A stretch of 63,877 nucleotides of DNA, counting the filler, from Octopus bimaculoides (taxonomy: Eukaryota), in NCBI RefSeq assembly GCF_001194135.2. It is 8 parts of 7 records of this genome, joined end to end, with 100 filler letters (N's around TTAATTAATTAA, not from the genome) between each part and the next. Parts side by side here need not be neighbours in the genome. Positions count along the whole stretch, not along the records: positions 24,699 to 35,457 come from NC_068998.1; positions 35,558 to 40,721 come from NC_068996.1; 6 more parts are not named here. One strand, written 5' to 3'. The position numbers were made by a program, and so were the translations under genes. Below the pieces are notes generated by a model that saw nothing but the letters and a program-made list of their open reading frames with translations, searched no databases and was not told the origin of the DNA. Shown here piece by piece: positions 24,699 to 36,959 of this stretch; positions within the stretch are counted from its first letter, which is position 1; each line of letters starts with the position of its first letter.

Positions 24699-24969
24699 AG
24701 GGATTACCCTCCTATGTATAATCAGGGCAGCGCAAAAAGTTGTTTTGCACAAGCATTTCTATAGCCAATTACACGGATGAAATAATTTTACGCAAAACAG
24801 CCTTCAGACTTTCCCTATTAATTTCATCGTCTTTTGAATTATGAACATATTTACATCATAAGGGTTTTTTCGTTGTAAGGCTTTCTTTTTTAGTTGATTT
24901 TCAGCTAGCAAGACTTATCGTAGATGGCATAATAAGTCACACCCGGACAAGGTCGGGTTATACTGCTAG
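24699..24969 (+). mobile_element. Non-autonomous Helitron-like 3' end
   Basis: The subterminal hairpin CCCG(G)AC-AAG-GTCGGG (24942-24957) is followed 8 nt later by CTAG (24966-24969) and then T, which is the canonical Helitron 3' signature. Confidence 0.7.
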
Positions 24970-25879
24970 TATTTTGATAAAACTGAAAAAATTAAGTTTC
25001 TTTACAAAGATTTCTTCTTCAGTTTTAAAGAAAATATATCGAGCAATCTCATCTATTTCTCTTCAAACTGAAATCACAAGGAATAAGATATCAGAAAGAA
25101 ATGAAAAATGATATGAGCTTGTATAAGGACTAGGGGAAAATATTTATTACTGGACACTTTTCTTGTTAAAAGAATAAAACCAGATACATAAGTTTTGACA
25201 TTGACAAGCTAATAAACATGTTCTCTACTTCCATGAAAAAGTTAAAATAGTAGGTACCTATAAATTATAGGCTCTATAAATTAGTTACTCTTTATATAAA
25301 ATATATTGACACATAACGCTGTAATTTATCAACTACATTAAAAAGGAACAGCAAACTCTAGAAACATTCCAACTAAATTGCTGATCCAACATACAAATGA
25401 GTTGTTGTCACTAATTTGTATTTTCTTGTTGACATTTGCAAATTCTAATTGTGTTCTTTGTTTGGACAACAAATGAAATTTGAAATATATTCAAAATGAG
25501 AATTATAACATCAAAATTCATTCTTAATGGATAAAAACAACTTTTCAAGACCACATGGGTTACATAAGGATAAATGACAGAATGGATTATATGACAACCA
25601 GCTTGTGATTGCCAAAGTATGGATTATAAGATAAGTAACGTATGGAATTTATGGTCATCATAATGTGGAAGATGTGACTTTTAAAAAAAAACTTTAACTT
25701 TTTTGGATATTAATTAAAAAGCTGTTACAAATAAAGTTTTAAAAAAATCTTCTGCTATTTTCATTTGGGGATAATAATTACTCATATGTATTCTTGGGAT
25801 ATATATGATGTTGTCTCCAGTATATATGGTGATGATACACACACACAAAATTTGTATAAATTATATATATGTATATATA

Positions 25880-27433
25880 TGCTGGCCAAAATAAGTTTAA
25901 GACTGATGATGACAGTTGTATTCCTTCATTAATATATTTTTAACAAAATTGTATAAAATTATTTACTTTTTACAGTTTATGTAGAACTTTTTTCTCTTTC
26001 AAATGATACAGGCATTATATATCTTTCTACAATTTCAATAATTTTAATGCGCAATTAATTCAAATGATTAAAAATTGTTGGCAAAATAAGTTTAAGACCG
26101 GACCAAGATTATGCAAATTAATAAACCAAATGGGTGGTCATATGGCTGGTCATACTGCACTGTTTTGTTTAATAATCGCACATTGTTACACATTAATTTG
26201 CTATGGGAAAGAGCATCATAGTACCAGCCCAGTTTCTAGATCAAAGATCATGTTGCTTCATCAGCAAAATGTGTTCTTCATGAACATTAGCAAGCAATTA
26301 AGATGCAGCAAAATGGCTTGCGTTCCAGATTGGCAAAGAACAGGCGCTCCGAGAAAAACAACAGTGCAGCTGGATTGGCAAAGCCATAGGCTCTCTGAAG
26401 GTAACTGAATGCTAACAGCAGTGGACATTTGCAAGTAATTATCTGATGAAACTGACATCAGCTTTATACCACAAATTGATAGAAACTGCTTAAAAGAATT
26501 TGGGCTGTTTGGCTGGATCACTCGAAAGAAACCGATAATTTCTGAGATGAACAGGTGGAAGCAAATCAAGTTTGCTAAAAGCCATATTGAATGGACGGAC
26601 AAAGACTGGTCAAAAGTTCTTTGGGGTGACGAATCACGCTTCTGCATCTTTGGATCAGATGGAAAGACTTATGTTAGACGCCATCCAACTAAAGAATTCC
26701 ATCCTAAGCATGTCAAGAAAACGGTGCAAGCAGGAGGTGGGGTGGGGTGGGGGAATGATGTAGGCCGCATTCAGCAGCTTAGGTGTCGGTTCAATTGTTA
26801 AAGTTGATGGCAGACTGAACAATGTTGGCTATCTGCAATTAGTAAATGAAAATGTGCTGCCATATTTAAATAATCAGATACCACTGGGATCTATTTTTCA
26901 GCAAGACAATTGCCCTGTTCATAAGGTGAGGAAAGTTTTGCAATATTTTCACTGCAGTAATATGGTGGTTATTGAGTGGCCTCCACAGAATCTGAAAGAA
27001 AATTTATGGAATTATGTTTCTAAAAGAGTTCATGCTAAAAAAAACCAACAAATTTGTCCCAATTATATAATTTTATTGAAGAAATATGGCAGAATATTCC
27101 AAGTAATTTTTGTGCTCATTTGTCAAACTCCATGTCCCATTGTTGTAAGGCCATAATTGAAAATAATAGCTATGGAACGAGATACAAATAATAAATTTTT
27201 GTTCGTTGATCATTTGTGCCATAAATTTTCAATTTAAGCAAAATATTTTAATCATTTGAATTAATTACACATTAAAGTTATTCAGATTGTACAAAGACAT
27301 ATAAGACATTCGAAAGAGAAAAAAGTTCTACATAAACTGTAAAAAGTAAAATAATTTTATACAGTTTTGTGAAAAATAAATTAACGAAGGAAAAGAACTG
27401 TCATCATCGGTCTTAGACTTATTTTGGCCAGTG
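25880..27433 (+). mobile_element. Complete Tc1-family DNA transposon (about 1.55 kb) with decayed transposase
   Basis: TA dinucleotides flank both ends. The roughly 190-bp TIRs read (CA)CTGGCCAAAATAAGTTTAAGAC and GTCTTAGACTTATTTTGGCCAGTG. Transposase motifs include RTGAPRKT, RKKP, WSKVLWGDESRF, IFQQDNCPVH and EWPPQ..ENLW. Confidence 0.95.
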
Positions 27434-27449
27434 TATTTTCTTTTTTTTT

Positions 27450-27655
27450 TTACTCGTTTCAGTCTTTCAACTGCAGCCATGCTGGAGCACTGCCTTTAGT
27501 TGAACAAATGAACCGCAGGACTTATTCTTTGTAAGCCTAGTACTTATTCTATCAGTCTCTTTTGCTGAACTGCTATGTTTAGGGGACATAAACACACCAA
27601 CATCAGTTGTCAAACGATGGTAGTGGGGACAAACACTGACACACAAATTCATACA

Positions 27656-27727
<72 letters not shown>

Positions 27728-27892
27728 CATACAACAAGCTTTCAGTTTCCATCTTCCAAATCCACTCACAAGGCTTTGGCTGGCCTGAGGCTATAGTAGG
27801 AGACACTTGCCAAGGTACCATGCAGTGGAACTGAACTTGGAACAATGTGGTTGGGAAGCCAACTTCTTACCACACAGCCACTCTTGTGCCTA
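27450..27892 (-). mobile_element. Family-A SINE (full-length, diverged) with internal (CT)n
   Basis: Collinear with 9912-10322. Confidence 0.85.
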
Positions 27893-27959
27893 TACATACA
27901 TACATACATACATACATACATACATACATACATACATACATACACACACACACAGACAA

Positions 27960-28870
27960 AACACAAACCCCTTCAGGTAGATGGCCCTGCTCGATCTGTA
28001 GAAAAGGCGTAGGTAGAAACTCTATAAGCTGTACCCAGTGTCAGCTATGGACACATAAGGGGTGCAGCAATATCAAAGGAAGACTAACTAGGAAGTTTAG
28101 TTTTTGTATGTGGCAGATGTTCAGGAGCAATAAACACTGAAAATGTGCAGAAAGCAACTTCTGCCACATTCCAAGGAGAAAAACTAGAGGTAGTTGATAG
28201 CTTCTGCTATCTAGGTGACCAAGTTAGTAGTGGGGGAGGCTGCACTGAAAATGTAGCTGCTAGAATAAGAATAGCCTGGGCAAAGTTCAGAGAGCTCTTA
28301 CCTCTGCTGGTGACAAAGGGCCTCTCGCTCAGAGTAAAAGGCAGACTGTATGACGCATGTGTATGAACAGCCATGCTACATGGCAGTGAAACATAGGCCT
28401 TGACTGCTGAGGACATGCGTAAGCTCACAAGGAATGAAGCTAGTATGCTCTGATGGATGTGTAATGTCAGTGTGCATACTCAACAGAGTGTAAGTATCTT
28501 GAAAGAAAAGTTGGACCTAAGAAGCATCAGTTGTGGTGTGCAAGAGAGACGATTGCACTGGTTTGGTCATGTGGCAAGAATGGATGAGGATAGCTGTGTG
28601 AAAAAATGCCACACCCTAGCAGTTGAGGGAACCTGTGGAAGTGGTAGACCCAGAAAGAACTGGGATGAGGTGGTGAAGCACAACCTTCGAACATTAAGCC
28701 TTACCGAGGCAGTGACTTCTGACCGAGACCTTTGGAAATATGCTGTGCGTGAGAAGACCTGGCAAGACAAGTGAGTCCATAATCTGAGGCCTCTGCCAGA
28801 GGTGTAGCCAGCCCACTTCTGTGTACCTTTCCTTCATGGACACTAAACCCCACTTCCGAAGACCAGTTGA
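27960..28870 (+). mobile_element. RTEX/RTE LINE fragment with Cys-rich finger and RT C-terminus
   Basis: Motifs include GRWPCSICRKGVGRNSISCTQCQLWTHKGCS, EVVDSFCYLGD, AARIRIAWAKFRELLPLL, KGRLYDACV and QERRLHWFGHVARMDE. Confidence 0.9.
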
Positions 28871-29011
28871 TTATTGGGGTCGACTAAAAAAAAAATCAAT
28901 CTCTACTCTCTCCTGACCTGTCTTTCTGACATTTTCTCTTGTCAGAAAATGTTAGAAAGACAGGTCAGTTATTCCTCTACAAGTTTTTGTAAATTCTTAA
29001 ATATATCTCCT

Positions 29012-29048
<37 letters not shown>

Positions 29049-29300
29049 TACCAAACAAACATGATTTTTATTGAACTCAAAATACTTTTTGGAATCCTGT
29101 TCTGATTACTTTCTTGTAAACTGTTTTTAACATTTTCTTATTATTATCAAAGAATATATTTTAATACTTTTGTGATAACCAGTACTTAACACAGCAAAGG
29201 ATCATACAAAGCTTTACATTTTACTTTTGACAATCTTTTTCTAAAAAAGTGAAACTGGTCAAGTGAATAAATATCTTTAAAATTGCATTTTCAAACCTTC

Positions 29301-29376
<76 letters not shown>

Positions 29377-29399
29377 ATATATATGTATATGTGTGTATC

Positions 29400-29610
29400 T
29401 TTGTGCCTGTGTTTGTTACCCCACCATTGCTTGACAACCAATGTTGGTGTGTTTACATCAACATAACTTAGCGGTTCTTCAAGGGTGGTCAATACAATAA
29501 GTACTAGGCTTACAAAGAATAAGTCCTTGTGGGATCGATTTCTTAGATTAAAATCGTTTAAGGTTGTACTCCAGTATGGCTGCAGTCAAATGACTGAAAC
29601 AAGTAAAAAT
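29400..29610 (+). mobile_element. Family-A SINE, 3' half
   Basis: CTTGACAACCAATGTTGGTGTGTTTAC..AATAAGTACTAGGCTTACAAAGAATAAGTCC..CAGTCAAATGACTGAAACAAGTAAAA. Confidence 0.8.
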
Positions 29611-29689
29611 AATAAATGAATATATGTATGTATGTATGTATGTATTGGCTCTGAGGCTGGTTGGTTGGGTGGTGTGTGTTACCTTACAT

Positions 29690-31545
29690 GAGAGCATTAA
29701 CTGAATACCTCTTTCCTGGAGTTTAAAATGGTCCCTGGATCAAGTGAGTTTTTTAGGATCCTGGTTCTCTCTGCCAAGCAACACTTACATTGTTTGCTCC
29801 TGTTTATATAAGTTCCCAGTTGCTAAAGGAGCTTTCATTTAATTATGTAGGGGTTTCTTTCTCTTTTAAGTACAATATGTGGCTGATCAGGGATGTGATG
29901 TTGTGCCTTTCCGGTATCTTAAAAGAGGACCTACGGTTATTCAGATGTTGCTTAAAAGGGCCCCTGGTTGAACCAATATATTTCTGTGTCTGTGCACTGA
30001 ATGTGATATCACTACTAATGTTTCTTTCATTAACTCCAGGTCTGGTGTCACTGTTGTTGTCGATACTGTTGTTCCTGGACCTGATCCTGGTGGTTTCACT
30101 GTCGCTGGCATTGTCACCATTTCTGGTTGCAATGTCGGTGTTGTTTCTGCTGTCATAACTGTTGGTATTGTTCTTCTGCTTCTTGATGTGTTGCTTCTGC
30201 CACTGTCATGAATGCTATCAATGTTGTCACCATTGCTGCTGTTGTTGCTCTGACTCCCAATGTTGGTCAGCACCACAGCCTCATACATAACCCCCTTCAT
30301 TTCGCATCGACCCTCTACTGGGTAGTCATTGTACTCCCTACATGAGCATCGTGCCTCTGCTCACAGCTTAAAGGTGCTCTCTAAAATTTGGGTGCGCAAC
30401 TAAAAGTTATGTCTCTCAAACAAACGTCTGTATGTGTGTGACAGTGTGAAGTGTTTGTCCACCAATCTAAGGAAAATTCTTCCCATGCCAATCTTAATGT
30501 TGGGAGAAAAGGGTGGAGTGAACCAAATGACAGTGGTGTTTCCTTTCATGTGTGCCAGGGCTTGGCATATAGATGCAGTCCTTAAACTCACTGGATGCCA
30601 GAGCCTCACTGTAATTGGAGGCTGTGACATCAAAAATAACCTGATTTGTGGACAGGTACAAGATTTTTCTACTGACACCCTTCACTAGGTTCCTGAACAT
30701 GTTAGACAGGTGGCAAGAGACTGTGTTGATATAGGACAATCTCTTGTTTGGTTTGTAGTAGGACCTGTCTAGGTCTAACATAATATCTAAAAAGTTTACA
30801 GTGGTGAGGTGGGTATTAATTATTATCTTGAGCCCCATGGAACTAAGGGTGCTAATTAGGTCCTTTCTAATCCTATCAAAGGTATACCTATTAGTTCCTC
30901 TAGAGAGAGCCATTGCGTTATCTCTGTACAGGTCAAAGAGGACTGATGAGAACCTCTTCTTTAAGGTGTTCTTGTATATACAGTCCTATAAAATTGCAGA
31001 TATCCGTGCTGTCTCCAGCTCCCGTCACCAAATGAGAGGAGCCTACTGGGTCAGTTTGTTTGACCCAGGTCAAACATTTATTAAACAGCAATATTTTCCT
31101 GGCATGCATAATTACATCAATGAAAGCAAGTGCCTTGACCAGTAGCCCTTTCAAAATAGATGGGTAAAAAGCGATTGAGTTGGGTGAACCTTTTCCTGCC
31201 TCTACTCTGGTTGCATTTAAACCATGAAATCACTTCGTTAGTATTATGCCCTAAGGTGAGATTGGAAGCCCCTCCTCCCCCACTGCCTTATGTTGTTGAT
31301 GATTTTTCTTGGTTTGTGTTTGCTTGCCAAACCAATCTCCAATTTGGCCAAGTGGATCAGGTGGCACTTGGGGTTAGAAGCAAAGTTTGGTCCTTGATGG
31401 TGATAAAGGCATTCCTTCTATCCTATTGCCTTCAGCTATACTGTTGTATTGTAGCTAAGTGTCTAATTTCTCGTTCTTGACATGAGTTCTTGTTGCAGTC
31501 AGCTGATTTTATTGTGTGCAGCAGTGTGTGACATACTGATTCTCA
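29690..31545 (-). mobile_element. Penelope-like retroelement (RT and GIY-YIG endonuclease), degenerate
   Basis: RT-like segments are IRKDLISTLSSMGLKIIINTHLTTVNFLDIMLDL..KPNKRLSYIN and VIWFTPPFSPNIKIGMGRIFLRLVDKHF. GIY-YIG-like segments are VMYEAVV, KYIGSTRGPFKQHLNNRRSSF, C..CLAERTRIL and LNSRKEVF. Confidence 0.88.
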
Positions 31546-32492
31546 ACCTCTCCTTAGGATAATATACATAGCCACACAGACAGTTTATCCTATATTTGTG
31601 TCATATTTTGTTTCTTATTCTTGTTTCTTATTCTTGTTACCATGATGATTTATGCTCTAAATATTTTATGTTAAATCAGAGCTATTTTTAGTAAATGGCA
31701 CTGAACACTCTGAATGGAACTTCAGCTTTCTAACAACTTCTTTGTTATTGAGCCATCCAGATCAATCTATTCAACATTAAAAATAGAGTATTTATTAATT
31801 GAAGCTGCTTTTGTCTACAATTCATTTATTTATTCAATGTTTACCTGAATTTTCTATATCATCAGACAGACAGACATATAGATAAATAGAGGGATGGATA
31901 GATAGTATATGAAGATAGATTAGACAGACAGACAGACAAATAGAAAGATAGAATAGAAAGATAGGTCAGACAGACAGATAGATAGAAAGATAGATTAGAC
32001 AGACAGACAGATGGATAAAAAAAAACCCCCAGAAAGATTAGATTGATAGATAGATGTGTCCATTCAAATTTTTAACATGTATTCTTGAGTACTTTATCTT
32101 ATTTCATGCATACCAGGTGGGGCTGGTATGCATGGGCGACTGCTGTCATTCTTTCAGTTTTAATTCTAATGTGAACAACATTACGCATCGGAAACTTTCC
32201 ATCTTTAGGGCCACCACAGCAGAATGGTGTGTCAGTGGATGTGTTGACTGACATAACGAATGTCAGGAAGTGAAACTCTTGATAAAAAACAATAAGGTGA
32301 CAGGTCCAAGGTATATAAAAATACACATTTACTGTTCAATTAGCAGTTCATGCATATGCTCCTCTTTGGTTAATTTATACTGCATACAAAAATAAAAACA
32401 TACTACATACATACAACTGCTTACAAAAATAGGGATTAATGTATAATTTTTTTCTATGTTCATAATTTTTTGTTTACAATATTATAAAAAAT

Positions 32493-33125
32493 ATGCCACC
32501 AAAGAAAAGACATAATCTGTCCAGAAACAAGTACAAAGCAAGGATGATTGTAGAAAATTGAAGAGAGAAGCAAGATGAGATTTTCTCAAGATCAGCAAAG
32601 GGATGCTGCTGGACATTAGACAGAGTCTGAAGAGAGAATGGAGATGAGACTTTCCCAAGATCAGCAAATGCATGCTGCAGCACTTAATGCTGGATCATTA
32701 AATCAATGTTTTAATGATTAGACAGAGGCCCAATAGAATAGCTCTTAGAAACAAACTATGTACAAATTCGTTCTTCACAACTCATGGAGCTGTTTTCTGA
32801 TATGATCCATCCCATTCTTATAAAAATGATAATTCTGTCCAAATTGTCATTTCTGCAAAGCTTTAAAATTTTTCAAATGAAACAAATGGTATGTGCTGCT
32901 CAGGCGGTCAGGTAAGATTGCCAGCACTACCAGCTCCTCCTCAACCTCTTATGGATCTTCTGGAAGGCACTTCCATCCAGTCAAAGGATTTTCTGAACAA
33001 TATCAGACAAGACAAATCTGCATTTCAAATGACATTGTTTACTGCATCTAAGAAGATACTTAAACATGAATTTACGCCGATGTCAAAGTTCAAGGGCAAG
33101 TCTATCACCTCATTGGTTCCCACTT
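32493..33125 (+). mobile_element. Helitron Rep protein N-terminal remnant
   Basis: An MPPKKR start and repeated charged segments are followed by C.FCKALKF..E.NGMCCSGGQVRLPALPAPPQPLMDLLEG...FLNNIRQ..SAFQMT, which is typical of the Helitron Rep N-terminus. Confidence 0.85.
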
Positions 33126-34034
33126 CTGAATCTTTATGTTCTAAGTTCAAATTCCACTGGTGTCAATTTTATCTTTCATTGCTCTGAGATTGATAAAAAC
33201 AGTGCCAGTCAAGTACTGAAGCCAATGGCATAAACTACAATCCCAACCCTTCAAAATTGCTGGCTTTGTACTTAAGTAAGGAACCATTGTTGTTGTAGCT
33301 GTTGTTTACTGTGGATTCAGGCAAGGTCAAATGGTTTAAGAAGTTTGCTTTGCAATCCCAATATCCTTGGTTCAGTCCCATAGTGTGATGTCCTGTGAGT
33401 GAAACTGAGTAGATTGAAACTATGTAGAAGTCCAGTTAATAGATTACACCCCTGTATTTCAGAAGTCCAGCCTTGTTACTTACAATGTAATGCTAATTTG
33501 GCCTGAGAATACATGTTCAGAGAACCCATGTTTATAGAATATCCAACAACGTTGTTAATTTAAAGAGTTCAGTTGACTGAACAATTGAATGTTCATTGTC
33601 AAAACTGATCCATCATTGTACAAATGGTAGAGCACCAGACTAGATCATTTACAGTATATAGTTTGAGATGATTTGTGACAGTATCTGAGTTCGTACCCCC
33701 TCACAGCTAATTTTGCTTTTTATATTACCAGGTAATAAATACCAGTAATATACTTGTTTCAGTTTAGTTTCAAATTCTTTGACGATTAACTTTTTGTCTA
33801 ATCAAAATTAAAGAAAAAAACTCCCATAACTATAAAGTTGGTTTCCAATCACTTATTCTCCACAGTGTGTCTATTGGATGCTGAACAAATGTTACAATGT
33901 CTTGTTGCTTTGCTCCAGCATGTTGTTTATGAGCAAGTTGCAATTGTCATTGGAAAGATTTATAAATACATACAAAAATACACACATAGCAACTGGAATG
34001 TCTTTAAAAACAATGAAACAAAAATATTTTAGAG

Positions 34035-35308
34035 TTATCTACAATGACAAAGGGATGATGGACACCAAAAGGAGAAACAGTTACGATTGCACCATTGGTT
34101 AAAGTGAACATTTCCTGCATGGAGGCCAATTGCTTTACATCGGTTCACACCTGGAGAATATTGTGAGTTGTGAAGAGGGAGGGCAACATTTGTTTGAGAT
34201 GACAGGCTTGGCAATCGATTAGTTAATGGCAAATGTATTGGTTCTGCTATATGTGACGATAAACTTTGTTCCACCACATGGTTGTTACTGGATGTATAGA
34301 AAGGAGCATAACTTAATTCTCGTCGGCATTGACACAAGTTTGATGGACAGTAATTAGCATTACAATTTACAAAACACCAGTCATCCATTCCACCAGATAA
34401 AAGTATAATTGCACGGCATTTTAAAACTGGCTTTATAGGCCATGTTGCTGGAATTCTTGAAGTAGCTGGAGGTTTGAAATAATGTTCACCCCACCAACCT
34501 AAGTTAAACCGTCCAACAGGCGAAGCAACAATTTGAGATACCTTATTTACTTGTTTCCTCACAGTCTTTGGCTTATGACATGGCTTGGAAGATAACAAAG
34601 CTTTTGGCATTGCCGTTGCAACAGGAGATCTTTGAGCAGTAATTTTATGATCTCTGACAAACCAATTTTTCCCAGGAGAAACTGGGTTTGTAAACATTTT
34701 AAAAGATTTTTTTGGTAATATCACAGTTGGTATAGAGGCTGTTGTCTCAATCAATTTTCTGTTTTTGGAATAAATTTTTTCAGCTGACATGTCAGCACGT
34801 GGTTTACTTATTTTCAATCTCCTGTGAGAGTTTCTGTTTGGTGGTACAGCAAGACTGGTTAGTTTGGGAATTGATTTCTCAGTTGGTAATGATAGAGTAG
34901 ATTGTGTTATTTTAGAATTGTACCTAAAAATTTTTTTACTTTTGTCAGCATTTTTGTGTCCCACATCTTTGTTCAAGAGATATTGATTTTTTCCATTCTT
35001 AAGAGATAGTTGATTAACCCAATCAAATAAATTAACTTTGCGTGTTTTCACATTTCCTTTTGGTTGTTCTAATTCCGTAGCTGATGTTGTTGGTCTAAAA
35101 GTTGGTATTGTTTCTGAGGTTATTTTAACTCCAACAGTGCCCTTCTCATCTATAGTTTCACTATTTACTTTCCTTCGAGATATGGAAGAGTAATCATTTT
35201 GGTCAGAAAGTGGTTCGATTGTGATGTCAGCACAATTGTAAAATTCTTCTTGGGGACCACAACCAAGGCAGAATATACCAGATTTATCATCTTTGTCCCA
35301 TGTATTTC
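34035..35308 (-). CDS. Terminal exon of an AA15-like lytic polysaccharide monooxygenase with basic linker and two Cys-rich putative carbohydrate-binding modules
   Basis: A polypyrimidine acceptor TTTCTATTTCAG|35308 (phase 1) begins an uninterrupted reading frame of about 424 codons ending in TAA at 34035. It starts GNTWDKDDKSGIFCLGCGPQEEFYNCADITI (AA15 C-terminal motif GN.W..C.GCGPQE.F..CADI) and ends with two C-x13/15-C-x3-C-x4-CP-x3-C-x-C modules. Confidence 0.85.
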
Positions 35309-35390
35309 CTGAAATAGAAAGAAAAAAATCTTTCAAATATTTCATTACCTATCATCTTAGATTGATAAATATTTTGTTAATAGCAATTGT

Positions 35391-35433
<43 letters not shown>

Positions 35434-35538
35434 GATATACTGCCAGTAAGGTGAGGGNNNNNNNNNNNNNNNNNNNNNNNNNNNNNNNNNNNNNNNNNNN
35501 NTTAATTAATTAANNNNNNNNNNNNNNNNNNNNNNNNN

Positions 35539-36100
35539 NNNNNNNNNNNNNNNNNNNTTCCACGGGTTCCCTCAACTGTTAGGGTGTGGCACTTTTTCAC
35601 GCAGCTATCCTCATCCATTCTCATCACATGTCCATACCAGCGCAATCGTCTCTCTTGCACACCACAACTGATGCTTCTAATGTTCAGCTTTTCTCTCAAG
35701 ATACTTACACTCTGACAGGTATTCACATTGACATTACACATCCAACGGAGCATACTGGCTTCATTTCTTGCGAGCTTACGTATGTCCTCAGCAGTTACAG
35801 CCCATGTTTCACTGCCATGTAGCATGGCTGTTCGTACGCATGCGTCATACAGTCTGCCTTTTACTCTGAGTGAGAGTCCCTTCTATTTTAATGTCGACTT
35901 TTTGATGCTTACAGAGTTTATTAGGGTTGCTTACAGGGTTGCACAGAGTTTATTAGAGGCAGGCTTATGTCCAGATGCTCTTCCTATCATCAGCCTTCAC
36001 CTGTTTCCAAACAAGGTCTCATATTTCCTCGTTGCCAGATGTGTTCTCACAGAATATTGGAAACGAATGACACTTGTTGTATGACAGTGACATTCCTTTA
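35539..36100 (-). mobile_element. RTE/RTEX LINE fragment
   Basis: MLHGSETWAVTAEDIRKLARNEASMLRWMC..QERRLRWYGHVMRMDE, with an adjacent 3' UTR-like piece. Confidence 0.88.
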
Positions 36101-36559
36101 CAACTATTATGCAATGCCAAGACAAAGAGACAGGAACACACACAAATATATACATGTACACACACACACACACACACATTCATATATGGTGGTCTCCTTT
36201 TAGTTTCTGTCTATCAAATCCTTTCACAAGGCTGTAGTATGGAAGACACTTGCTCAAGGCCTCATACAGTTGGACTGAATGTGGGACTGTGTTGTTGGGA
36301 AACAAACATGTTGTAATTGCATTGAACAATATTAGAAAAAAGAGAAAGAAAAAACACGATGGATAAGGCTTAACAAATACTGTATTAGCTTAATGCTTAA
36401 AAGGAAAAGGTTTTATTGTTTTGGACGTTAGTCTTCGTGAGGTAGAAGAAAAGCTTGAGTTAGGAAGACAAAAGGACAAGTCTGATATATTTATATACAT
36501 AAAGGATATAACTTTATGGCCTCTATTTTATTTAGCTGGGTAGGTTTTCTCACCAGCTA

Positions 36560-36900
36560 CCTTGATCCTGTGTTGTCTCCCCTGTAAGATTCAACATCTG
36601 AGGATCATTTCTCACCACTTTGTCCCACGTCTTCTTGGCTCCTCTTACACAGGTTCCTTCCCCATTTAAATATTGGCACATCTTTGTGCATTTGTCCTCA
36701 CATCACTTGACCACACCTGCGTAATCTTCTCCTTTGCATTCTACATCTGATGCCTCTTATACCCAATACATTAAATAAAGATGATGATATGTACACGTGA
36801 TCTGTGTATGGGTTTGGTAAACCTAGAAGGGCACTTAGAAAAAGCATTGCAACTGACATGATGGCATCAAGAGTGGCCCTTGGCTGATTCTTCAATGTTA
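36560..36900 (-). mobile_element. Old RTE-type LINE 3' fragment
   Basis: GIRGIRCRMQRRRLR..GQVM and KTWDKVVRND-like segments. Confidence 0.65.
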
Positions 36901-36959
36901 AGCATGAAAGTTGCATTGTCAGATTTTAGGTGCATTCTTTAAGACATGAAGGAACAAAA

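Noticed and set aside
32114-32247. Minus-strand exon-like segment (CAG|..CTG|GTATGC; NTSTDTPFCCGGPKDGKF..)
   Set aside because: It lies downstream of the LPMO stop, shows no homology I recognise and borders a Helitron remnant, so support is insufficient.
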